Shown: positions 55,965-64,000 of the stretch, one piece after another
Layout of the letters: each line of letters opens with the position of its first letter
How positions within the stretch are numbered: position 1 is the stretch's first letter
Source: an uncultured Candidatus Saccharibacteria bacterium
GTDB taxonomy: Bacteria; Patescibacteriota; Minisyncoccia; Phycocordibacterales; UBA12445
NCBI GenBank assembly: GCA_964649715.1
Contig: CAZYTH010000005.1
Location: 1,765-65,764, forward strand
Reading direction: 5' to 3'
Length of the DNA stretch: 64,000 bases
The notes under the pieces: model-generated
The model's database searches: none
What the model was told of the DNA's origin: nothing
The model's input: only the letters and a program-made list of their open reading frames with translations
Made by a program: the position numbers and the translations under genes

Positions 55965-56792
55965 TTATTTTATCAAATTTATATACAAATTGATTTGTTC
56001 TTCCGGGCCGAATTCTATCTTTTTTTCAGAAAAGAATTTGTTGATCTGGTTTATATTTAAAACAAGTTCATCCGTTTCCCTCTTGAAGTCGTTTACGGTT
56101 GCGATTACGGTATCTGGACTTTCGAGTGCAAGGGATAACAATAGGTCTATATATGATATTTTTGCGCAATTATTCACCAGTTTTAAATGTTGTGATGATA
56201 TTTCGTTTGGAACTTGCATTCCCAAGAGGGTTTCTGCAACGACTTTATGAAGCTCGCTCATAATTCTTATTTTTTCAAAGTCTTGAGAGTTGCCTGTTTG
56301 TATAGCCTGCATCACGAGATAACCTTCGTTTGGGAGGTTTGTTAGGGAGTAGGGTTTTAATGCTGTAACAAGGTCTTTTGCATACTTTTTGTAAACAGCA
56401 TCGTTTTTATCGTAAACGATGTTAAGATTAGAGAATTTATAGGAAATAAAACCCTTTTTGGTGACTGAGTTTGATATTGAAGCAGTATTATCTGACGTTT
56501 GCCTTGTGTAGGTTGGCTCGCTTTTTTTTGTTGTTTCTTCTTCTTCCTCTTCTATCCAATGCCATTTATTTGTCGTTTCTTGATCGTTTTCTTTAGATAA
56601 TGATGTATTTTCCCTTGAGAAAACAAGTACATTTCCCCTTTTTTCAATTTTTTCTATCGCGTCCACCTCTTTATCTATTGCTATGTTTTTGTCTGCAGTT
56701 CCATTTTCAGAAAAGACAAACCACGCTCCAAACAAAAGGAGAATTATTCCTGCTCTCTTCGCAAATTTGTTACTTGGTAGATATTCCATCAA
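55965..56792 (-). CDS. Membrane-anchored hypothetical protein (275 aa)
   Basis: One N-terminal TM (AGIILLLFGAWFVF), then an acidic stretch EEEEEE. Confidence 0.4.
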   Translation of the reverse strand: MMEYLPSNKFAKRAGIILLLFGAWFVFSENGTADKNIAIDKEVDAIEKIEKRGNVLVFSRENTSLSKENDQETTNKWHWIEEEEEETTKKSEPTYTRQTSDNTASISNSVTKKGFISYKFSNLNIVYDKNDAVYKKYAKDLVTALKPYSLTNLPNEGYLVMQAIQTGNSQDFEKIRIMSELHKVVAETLLGMQVPNEISSQHLKLVNNCAKISYIDLLLSLALESPDTVIATVNDFKRETDELVLNINQINKFFSEKKIEFGPEEQINLYINLIK

Positions 56793-56969
56793 AATTGGGA
56801 ACAGTTAGAAACATCCCCAATTTATTATACCACCTTCTCTGAATGAATAGTATAGTCTTTTTTTAAAAAACTGTGGATAAGTCTGTAATTGAAGATAGAC
56901 GGTTTAAATTTAAACTTGGACTCCGGGTTTCCAAGTATTTTGCTTGGAAACCCGGAGTCCAAGTACCCG

Positions 56970-57776
56970 CTACTGAGAAGACAAACAGAGCCAGTCTTCT
57001 AGTTTCATATCCTCGGCTCTTTTTTTTGGATCTATGTTGCAATTTTTGAGTGCATTTTCGGCTTCCCCCCTACTTTCAAAAACATTTTCTAGGTTTCCTA
57101 ATATCATTTTTCTTTTTTGGCCGAATCCTGCATGTAATATTTTAAAAAATCTAGCCTCTGTTTCTCCTTCAATCTTAGGATCTAAATTTTTTTGCGAAAG
57201 GTCAATTAAGAGTATGGCGGAATCTACATTTGGAGATGGAAAAAAAGAACCTCTTTTAACGGTTTCTATTAATTTTGGATTACCATAGGCTTTTACACTT
57301 ATAGAAAGGATGCTTTCTTTATTATTTCTGGCCACAATCCTCTCAGCTACTTCTTTTTGGACAAGAAGTATCATTTTTTGAGGTTTATTTTTGGTTGTAA
57401 GAAATTTTTTGATGAAATGTCCTGTAATATAGTATGGAATGTTGGCAACTATTTTATACCCATTTTTAAGTTCAACATGGTTTTCTGGAGAAAAATAAAG
57501 AATGTCGCCATTTATTATTTCTAGTTGTCTCGTTTCTAGATTTTTTGAGAAATTTTCATTCAAAAAATCCACAAGGGTGGAATCTTTTTCTATCGCTATT
57601 ATTTTCTTAGGGTTTTTCTTTAAAAGGAATCTTGTTAAGGCGCCTTTTCCTGGTCCAACCTCAAGAACAATGTCCTCTGTATTTATTTCTGCTGTTTCGG
57701 TAATCTTCTGTAGGGCGCTCTCTGAAGTGAGAAAATTCTGCCCTAGCGACTTTTTTGGTCTTATTTTTTCTTCCAT
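56970..57776 (-). CDS. rsmA: 16S rRNA (adenine1518-N6/adenine1519-N6)-dimethyltransferase RsmA/KsgA
   Basis: SLGQNFL motif. SAM-binding VLEVGPGKGALT. Confidence 0.85.
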   Translation of the reverse strand: MEEKIRPKKSLGQNFLTSESALQKITETAEINTEDIVLEVGPGKGALTRFLLKKNPKKIIAIEKDSTLVDFLNENFSKNLETRQLEIINGDILYFSPENHVELKNGYKIVANIPYYITGHFIKKFLTTKNKPQKMILLVQKEVAERIVARNNKESILSISVKAYGNPKLIETVKRGSFFPSPNVDSAILLIDLSQKNLDPKIEGETEARFFKILHAGFGQKRKMILGNLENVFESRGEAENALKNCNIDPKKRAEDMKLEDWLCLSSQ

Positions 57777-57840
57777 ATTTGGTATTTTAGCATTTATTTA
57801 CAGTGATATAAAATTAGAATAAAAATTCCCACTTTGGTTT

Positions 57841-59862
57841 TTATTTTAAGCAGTCCCAAATTATGTCATCTTCTGAAGTATTTTTATAGATATTTCCTCC
57901 ATAATTTCTAGAGTCAAAACATTTTTCATTTTTTTCTACAGAAACAATAGAGTCGTCTAGATCAGGCAAAAATTCAGAGGGCAGGTTCATTTGTCTGGTT
58001 CCAAATATCATTCGTGACGAGGAATAAGACAAGAAAAGTTTTTCCTTTGCCCTTGTAACAGCAACGTAAAAAAGTCGTCTTTCTTCTTCTGGGTCGCTTG
58101 AATCATCATCTCCAAAGCTTCTGTGCGGAAAAAGGTTGTCTTCGAGACCAACGATAAAAACATTTTTGAATTCAAGCCCCTTTGATGCATGAACAGTCAT
58201 TAATCGTACTCCCTCTTTCTTTTTTTTGTCCATAATGGCATCTTGGTCAGACATAAGAGATGTATCGGTTAAGAATTTATCAAGTGCTTCTTCAATTGGA
58301 AGATTGTCATATTTTGTGGCAATGTTTGCCAACTCCAAGATGTTTCCTAAACGGTCTATTCCCTCTTCTTTGCCATCTTCTTTAAGCATCACATCCATTC
58401 CTGTTTCTTTTACAATAAATTTTATCGCTTGAGGCAGTTTTTCTTTTAATATTGTTTCGCGAATTTTTTCCATTTTTCTAGCAAAATCAATCACTTTCTC
58501 TCTCATTTTTTCCGGAAGAGAGGCCTCATTCTTTAATAATTCGTAATTCGTAATTGATAATTGATAATTCAACCCGAGAATTTTTTCGAGGGATGTTTTC
58601 CCTATACCTCGTGGAGGAACATTTATGATTCTCCCAAACGATTCTTTGTCTTTTGGATTTAGAGAAAACTTTATAAAAGCAATTATATCTTTTACTTCTT
58701 TTCTTTCATAAAATCGCGTGCCAAGAATTTGATAAGGAGTCCCTGTTTTTAAAAAATTTTCTTCAAGAATGCGAGACTGGAAGTTCGCTCTATAAAGGAC
58801 GGCTATTTCTTCCGGTTTCACGTTGCCTTTTGAGATTATCTCTTTGCATTTTTTTACAACGAAACCTGCTTCATCGTATTCGTCTATGGCTTCAAATAAA
58901 GTTATTTTCTCACCATCTTCGTTTCTCGTGAATAAATTCTTTTCTTTGCGTAACTTGTTTCTTTGAATAACACGATTTGCTAGATCGAGTATTGTCTTGG
59001 TTGAGCGGTAATTCTCTTCCAAAAGGACGGTTTTAGCTCCCGGGAAATTATTTTCAAAATCAAGAATATTTTTGAAGTCGGCATATCTCCAGCTGTATAT
59101 CGCTTGATCACTATCACCCACAACACAAATATTCCCGTGTTTCTCGGCAAGCAGTCGCGAGAGTTCATATTGTGAGGTGTTGGTATCTTGATATTCATCT
59201 ATATGGATATATTTCCAGAGGTCTTGATAACGATCTAATATTTCTTTTTTATTTTTTAGAAGAAGGACACTTTTTTGTATTAGGTCATCAAAATCGTAAG
59301 ATTCATTTTCGGTAAGCATATCCTCGTATTTTCTCCATATTTTTGCGACCATGTCTTTGAAATAACCACTTTTTGATTCGTTTTGGTAGTTTTCAATGCT
59401 TTGCATTTTGTTTTTGCCTCTGGAAATTGCATTGCGAATTGATTTTATATTGATTTCTTTTGGATCAAAACCAAGATCTTTTGCGGATCTCTTGAGAAAA
59501 GAGATTGTTCCATCGTCGTCTAAAATTGAAAAATACCTACTCCTCCCGATTGTGGATGCGTTCTCTTTTAATATTCGGACACCTAAAGAGTGGAAAGTAC
59601 TTATAAAAGGAATATTGCTAAAACCTGTGTTCATTGGAAGGAGTATTCTTACGCGGTCGGACATTTCTTTTGCTGCTTTGTTTGTGAAAGTTACTGCAAG
59701 AATATTTTTCGGTTCCACTCCCGAATTTATTAGATTTGCTATTCTGTGAACTATTGTTTTTGTTTTCCCTGCTCCTGCCCCTGCGACAATAAGAAGAGGA
59801 CCGTTTTTGTGTAAAACGGCTTCTTTTTGTCTCTCGTTTAGATTATTTGAGTGTTCCTGCAT
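57841..59862 (-). CDS. uvrD: ATP-dependent DNA helicase UvrD/PcrA, containing an in-frame aattacgaat-repeat insertion
   Basis: LNERQKEAVLHKNGPLLIVAGAGAGKTKTIVHRIANL (motifs Q and I). Helicase motifs through to VTRAKEKLFLSY. Residues ...LGLNYQLSITNYELLKNE... are encoded by the repeat at 58538-58556. Confidence 0.85.
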   Translation of the reverse strand: MQEHSNNLNERQKEAVLHKNGPLLIVAGAGAGKTKTIVHRIANLINSGVEPKNILAVTFTNKAAKEMSDRVRILLPMNTGFSNIPFISTFHSLGVRILKENASTIGRSRYFSILDDDGTISFLKRSAKDLGFDPKEINIKSIRNAISRGKNKMQSIENYQNESKSGYFKDMVAKIWRKYEDMLTENESYDFDDLIQKSVLLLKNKKEILDRYQDLWKYIHIDEYQDTNTSQYELSRLLAEKHGNICVVGDSDQAIYSWRYADFKNILDFENNFPGAKTVLLEENYRSTKTILDLANRVIQRNKLRKEKNLFTRNEDGEKITLFEAIDEYDEAGFVVKKCKEIISKGNVKPEEIAVLYRANFQSRILEENFLKTGTPYQILGTRFYERKEVKDIIAFIKFSLNPKDKESFGRIINVPPRGIGKTSLEKILGLNYQLSITNYELLKNEASLPEKMREKVIDFARKMEKIRETILKEKLPQAIKFIVKETGMDVMLKEDGKEEGIDRLGNILELANIATKYDNLPIEEALDKFLTDTSLMSDQDAIMDKKKKEGVRLMTVHASKGLEFKNVFIVGLEDNLFPHRSFGDDDSSDPEEERRLFYVAVTRAKEKLFLSYSSSRMIFGTRQMNLPSEFLPDLDDSIVSVEKNEKCFDSRNYGGNIYKNTSEDDIIWDCLK
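58538..58556. repeat. aattcgtaattcgtaattg repeat copy inside the uvrD coding sequence
   Basis: Translates in frame as SITNYEL on the minus strand. Confidence 0.6.
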
Positions 59863-59864
59863 TT

Positions 59865-60089
59865 TTAATTGGCCTCAGAATTTTTTTTTGATTCTATCTC
59901 TTGTTCAACACTCTCTAATTCGCTCTTTTTATTCTCTATCTCTTTATTTATTTCCTCAAGTTTTGTTTTTGAGTTTTCGCTTGCCTCACTTATTGTTTCG
60001 AAGTCTCTTATTAGTTCTTCTATTTTTGGCAACAATTCTTTTGTCTGTCTTATTGTTTCTTTCATTTTATATATTATGTCTGCGTTCAT
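59865..60089 (-). CDS. Small coiled-coil hypothetical protein (74 aa)
   Basis: Glu/Lys-rich heptad pattern. Its stop abuts the uvrD start. Coding status uncertain. Confidence 0.3.
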   Translation of the reverse strand: MNADIIYKMKETIRQTKELLPKIEELIRDFETISEASENSKTKLEEINKEIENKKSELESVEQEIESKKNSEAN

Positions 60090-60221
60090 ATTTTATATAT
60101 TTTATCCTATTAATTTGTTTTGATGTTATCACACAAATCATTTCCAGAGAAATTTTTACAATGTTGTGGTATTTTTCTAAAAAAGATATTATTTAGGTAT
60201 AAAAATATTAATGAATTTTAA

Positions 60222-61907
60222 ATGAAAAATCCCGAAGAATTTATTCGAAAAACAAGAGAGGAGAAAAGTTTCAAAGGCTCTACTAAAGATGATTTTTTGA
60301 ATGGACTACTGGTTCGGGCGAAGGGCGCGGAAGGTGCAGACAGAAAAGAAGTTGAAAAAAAGCAAAAAAACGTACATTTTTCAAATGATCCAAAGGATAT
60401 GGAAGCGGTGTTTGAAGGAGTAGAGCCTGCATTAGATGATTCTGGTGGTGGAGATGGCGTCTCTAAAGTGGCAGAAACTGAAAAAGATGATAATTTGACG
60501 AAAAACAAGGAATTAGAAGATTTTGATGCCGATAAAGTAGCGGATAGACTCTTTGAGATACAAAAGATATTGAAAGATCAGGAAGGTTTGGTCGCCTGGG
60601 CTCCAGAAGATAGAAAAAAAATGATCGGTTTTTTTGAAAAGAATAAATTGATAAAAGAAGAAAAAGAATTAAAAGATAAGATTGATATGCTTGCTGGATT
60701 GATTCCAAATGTTCCAGTTGATCGTTCTGAGCCTCCTGCTCCCTTGAGAAAAAGAGGTCGGCCAAAAAAACCAAATCTCACTGATAAGGAAAAAGAGGAA
60801 ATAGCACAGAAATGGGATTCACAGGACAAAAAGGAGGCAGAGATACTTGAGTATAGAAAAAAAATTGATGAAAAGATTAAAAAGAAATTAAATCTAACAG
60901 AAGAACAAATAAAAATACTTGAAGATGGAGGGAGCGTCACTGTTGAAAATGAAGATAATTTTTCTGAGAATGAGGAAGAAACGAATGATATAAATAACGA
61001 AAGAATTGAATCAGGAATAAGGAGTAAAAAAGGGAAAAAACAAGAAAATAATAAAAGAGTTAAAGAAACTGCTACTCAAAAGATTGAAACAGGCAAGGAA
61101 AATGTTTCTCAAAAAATAGAAGAAATAAAAGGTGTTATTAATAAAGAGTTTGGAGGGGAACCAAAAGAGCCAAAAACGCGAAAAGAACAAATAGAAGTAA
61201 AGGAGAAAGAGTTGATTGAATTGAACAGCACAGAACAGGAGTTGGGTGGCGAGATAAGTTCTAGAAAAGATAAATATAAAGAATTGTTTGAGAGCGACAA
61301 TGTTTGGCGAAATCTTATTAATGGTTGGTGGTTTGAGACTGATACCAAAGAGCAATTAGAAAATGAGATATCTGTTTTAGAAAACGAAAAGAAGGTAATT
61401 AAAGAGGTTATTTCTAGTTTGAAGTCTGAAATAAAGGATTTAAAAAAAGATTATATTGATTCAAGATTGAAAGATATTAAAAATAACGAAAAAGACAGAG
61501 GAGATTCTGGGTACGTTGAACAGGTTTCTGGTGGATATGAGGCAAAAACAGAAGAACTTAGTGGTGTAAATCGTGAGATAGCTTCTTCTGCGGAAGGAAT
61601 TTTTTCTTCAGTTAATGAAAAAAAAGATTTTTTAAATAAGCTAAAAGATAAAAAGAGCAAAATTGAGGAAGAAATTATTATATATGAGATAGAAAATTCT
61701 GATAGTAAAGAAATTTTAGAAAAGATAGAAAAAAAAGAGGATGAGACGTTGAATGAAATTGATGGTTTGAAAATGAATAAAGGCAAAATAAAGAGTGGAG
61801 ATATAGAGCATTCCGAATATGAAAAAAGCATCAAGAGACTTGAGGATAGAATGAAGAAATTGGGTGAGTTAAAGGGTAAAATTTATAAGGAAGCAGGAAT
61901 TATTTAA
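60222..61907 (+). CDS. Coiled-coil protein with AT-hook-like RKRGRPKKP motif (561 aa)
   Basis: Highly charged Glu/Lys-rich sequence with long heptad stretches. GRP-containing basic motif. Possibly DNA-binding. Confidence 0.45.
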   Translation: MKNPEEFIRKTREEKSFKGSTKDDFLNGLLVRAKGAEGADRKEVEKKQKNVHFSNDPKDMEAVFEGVEPALDDSGGGDGVSKVAETEKDDNLTKNKELEDFDADKVADRLFEIQKILKDQEGLVAWAPEDRKKMIGFFEKNKLIKEEKELKDKIDMLAGLIPNVPVDRSEPPAPLRKRGRPKKPNLTDKEKEEIAQKWDSQDKKEAEILEYRKKIDEKIKKKLNLTEEQIKILEDGGSVTVENEDNFSENEEETNDINNERIESGIRSKKGKKQENNKRVKETATQKIETGKENVSQKIEEIKGVINKEFGGEPKEPKTRKEQIEVKEKELIELNSTEQELGGEISSRKDKYKELFESDNVWRNLINGWWFETDTKEQLENEISVLENEKKVIKEVISSLKSEIKDLKKDYIDSRLKDIKNNEKDRGDSGYVEQVSGGYEAKTEELSGVNREIASSAEGIFSSVNEKKDFLNKLKDKKSKIEEEIIIYEIENSDSKEILEKIEKKEDETLNEIDGLKMNKGKIKSGDIEHSEYEKSIKRLEDRMKKLGELKGKIYKEAGII

Positions 61908-61917
61908 TAATAAAAAG

Positions 61918-62133
61918 ATGGGAAGTAATGAAAATGCACTAAGGGGCAAAGTTTTTAATCAAGAACATCGATTGAAACAAATAGATGTAGCTCTTAGGGA
62001 AATCAATAATGAAATAAAGAAGAATGAGGAATCTGCGAGGGAAAATTTGACAGATGCTCTCATCGCCAAAAATGCTCATTTAAATTCTTTAAAAAGAAAA
62101 TTGATTTCAGAAAGGAGCGAAATTCCAAAATAA
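61918..62133 (+). CDS. Small coiled-coil hypothetical protein
   Basis: 71 aa ORF immediately after the previous gene. Coding status uncertain. Confidence 0.3.
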   Translation: MGSNENALRGKVFNQEHRLKQIDVALREINNEIKKNEESARENLTDALIAKNAHLNSLKRKLISERSEIPK

Positions 62134-62242
62134 TTTTTAAAAACCATTCTTTTAATTTAAAGAGTGGTTTTTTTATTGACTATCTTTTTAGTTCAAAGAT
62201 ATGTTATTATTTATGCATTAGTATATTTAAGGAAATTATAAA

Positions 62243-62641
62243 ATGGAGGGAGACCCACAAAATAAAATAGAATCGGAGATTGCGGAACTAACAAAACAGA
62301 TTGAAGAAAAAAGAAGGATTTTGGAATCTAATAAAGGGATAATCGAAGAGAAAGAGATCGTGAGACAAGCCATAGGAGAGAAGATAGCAGAATCTACATC
62401 GGCACCACGTTCTTCTTCTGTAAAACCGATAACTCTTAGCGGTACATCTAGTTATCTTGATAGTGTTGATAAGGAAACTGAGGAGAAAGTTAACTCTCTT
62501 TTGCAGATTTTTACCAAAAAAGGTCTAAAAGCAGCCATAAAAGAACTTGAAGGAGCTGATTTTTTTGTTGTTGATGCTTTCCACGATGCTCTTACCGACA
62601 AAATGTATGAACAACTAAAAGAAAAAGGCTTAGTCGCATAA
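62243..62641 (+). CDS. Hypothetical protein (132 aa)
   Basis: Coherent ORF upstream of the coupling-protein gene. Confidence 0.35.
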   Translation: MEGDPQNKIESEIAELTKQIEEKRRILESNKGIIEEKEIVRQAIGEKIAESTSAPRSSSVKPITLSGTSSYLDSVDKETEEKVNSLLQIFTKKGLKAAIKELEGADFFVVDAFHDALTDKMYEQLKEKGLVA

Positions 62642-62651
62642 TTTTATAATA

Positions 62652-64000
62652 ATGTTTAATTTTTACTATATTTTAATTGCATTGGTCGCGGTTATTGTTG
62701 TTTATCTTCTTTTGAAAAAGAGAACAACTTTTAATTCTTTAAATTTAGTTCTTCTTTCTGTTCGGTTGCCGAGGAATAAAGATGCGGAAGGAAAAGAAGA
62801 TAAGAATTTTTTGAGTCAGATAAACCTTTCTGAACAGCTTTTTTCTGCTCTTGCATCAATATCGGAACCTTTTGTTTTTGAAGCTTCCGTAAAAAATGCC
62901 GAACAACAGATATATTTTTATGTTGCAGTTCCTAAGAGGTCTGTTGATTTTGCCTCAAGACAGATACAAGGGCTTTTCCCTGAGGCGAAAGTAGAAAAGG
63001 TGCCCGATTATTCCATATTTGGTCCTAATTGTTCTGTTGTTGGTGGTGAATTACAACTTCGTGATAGCTATATCTTGCCACTAAGAACATATAAAGAGGC
63101 CGAAGTAGATACTTTCTCCCCTATCATAAGCACGTTGTCTAAACTTGATGAGGTTGGGCAAGGGGCGTCCATACAACTTGTTTTCAGACCGGCAGAAAGG
63201 GGAATAAAAGAAAATATTGTGAGTGCTCTAAAAGAAATAAAGAACGGAAAGACAATTGATAAAATATTGAGAGAGAGGTCCGCAACTTTTGTAGATGACA
63301 TAAAAGTAGGTTTTAAGGAACTGATATTTGGGAAACCGTCAAAGAGTGAAGATGAACAATCCAAACCAAAGACGATAGATGAAGAAGCTTTAAAGGCTGT
63401 TCAATCAAAAACGAACAAGCAACTTTATCGCTTAAACATAAGATTATTGGCTTCTGCGAACTCCAATGACTCTGCTGAGGATATTTTGCTTTCTATGGCC
63501 GGATCTTTTTCGCAATTTTCTGCACCAAACAGGAACGAATTAAGGCTTTTAAAAGCCTCTACCAAGGGTCTTAGGAAGTTGGTTTATAAATACACTTTTC
63601 GTGAATTTGATATTGGTAGTTCAGTCATATTGAATACAGAGGAGATCGCAAGTATTTTACACTTACCGACATCATCTACAGATGTCCCGAGGATCTGGTG
63701 GCTTAGATCAAAGGAGGCTCCTCCGCCGGAAAACTTACCGACAGAAGGTGTCGTGCTTGGGGAAAGTGTTTTTAGGGGTGATATCCGTCAGGTGAGGATG
63801 ACGGACGATGACAGAAGAAGGCACCTATATGTAATAGGACAAACAGGAACAGGTAAGTCTGTATTTCAACAAAATCTTATTGTCCAGGACATGAAGGCAG
63901 GAAAAGGTCTCTGTGCTATAGATCCACACGGGACACTAATCGCCGATATACTAGAAAGAGTTCCAAAGGAGAGGATAAACGATGTGATTGTCTTTGACCC
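62652..64000 (+). CDS. Type IV secretion coupling protein (VirD4/TraG/TraD family), 3' end outside the window
   Basis: ORF found by hand, open to the window end. N-terminal TM (YYILIALVAVIVVYLLL). Walker A HLYVIGQTGTGKSVF. Motif CAIDPHGTL, typical of TraG/VirD4 coupling ATPases. Confidence 0.65.
   Translation, partial: MFNFYYILIALVAVIVVYLLLKKRTTFNSLNLVLLSVRLPRNKDAEGKEDKNFLSQINLSEQLFSALASISEPFVFEASVKNAEQQIYFYVAVPKRSVDFASRQIQGLFPEAKVEKVPDYSIFGPNCSVVGGELQLRDSYILPLRTYKEAEVDTFSPIISTLSKLDEVGQGASIQLVFRPAERGIKENIVSALKEIKNGKTIDKILRERSATFVDDIKVGFKELIFGKPSKSEDEQSKPKTIDEEALKAVQSKTNKQLYRLNIRLLASANSNDSAEDILLSMAGSFSQFSAPNRNELRLLKASTKGLRKLVYKYTFREFDIGSSVILNTEEIASILHLPTSSTDVPRIWWLRSKEAPPPENLPTEGVVLGESVFRGDIRQVRMTDDDRRRHLYVIGQTGTGKSVFQQNLIVQDMKAGKGLCAIDPHGTLIADILERVPKERINDVIVFD

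Overview
This window looks like low-GC (about 30-35% GC) chromosomal DNA from a small-genome bacterium. Gene content and style resemble Candidate Phyla Radiation / Patescibacteria, with short versions of housekeeping proteins and TTG start codons. The core content is the replication-origin neighbourhood: rpmH-rnpA-yidC on the plus strand, dnaA-dnaN on the minus strand, DnaA boxes, and an AT-rich dnaA-dnaN spacer. Around it sit DNA repair and recombination genes (ruvX, ruvA, ruvB, yebC-ruvC, fpg, uvrD/pcrA, polA, holA), tyrS, rpsT, tsaE, rsmA, a class A penicillin-binding protein, a frameshifted Mur ligase, and type IV pilus genes (pilM, pilB). Three tRNAs are present (Ser-UGA, Arg-GCG, Lys-UUU). 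The accessory content is richer than usual. (1) A roughly 2 kb segment at 18.7-20.7 kb has codons with a GC-rich third position. It carries two unknown genes, each with a consensus sigma70 promoter and a strong ribosome-binding site, tandem terminators and a hairpin-dense spacer. It lies next to a REP-associated tyrosine transposase (RAYT) and tRNA-Lys. (2) Three unknown paralogous genes sit in tandem at 28.2-31.0 kb. One copy (P1) has the same foreign GC-rich codon usage. P1 and the P3-P2 operon each have the same operator-like palindrome about 90-125 bp upstream. (3) A type IV secretion or conjugation-like locus at 44.8-56.8 kb encodes a pilin-like protein, a PrgI-like protein, a split VirB4, a VirB6-like protein and large secreted proteins. 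A VirD4-like coupling protein runs off the window end. (4) At least three dispersed palindromic repeat families occur: REP palindromes at the RAYT, an AT-rich aattacgaattacgaat family, and a GC-rich cctgcctgcc/ggcaggcagg family. Copies are inserted in frame inside fpg, uvrD and the RAYT itself. One pair forms perfect 19 bp inverted repeats around a four-helix-bundle (Avd / rRNA-IVS type) gene. (5) A 1598 aa surface protein combines FG-GAP-like and Ig-like repeats and contains near-identical intragenic tandem repeats. (6) A stand-alone ClpB-D2-like AAA+ protein carries a coiled-coil insertion of about 85 residues. All calls rest on reading the sequence and on motif recognition. No database search was run.
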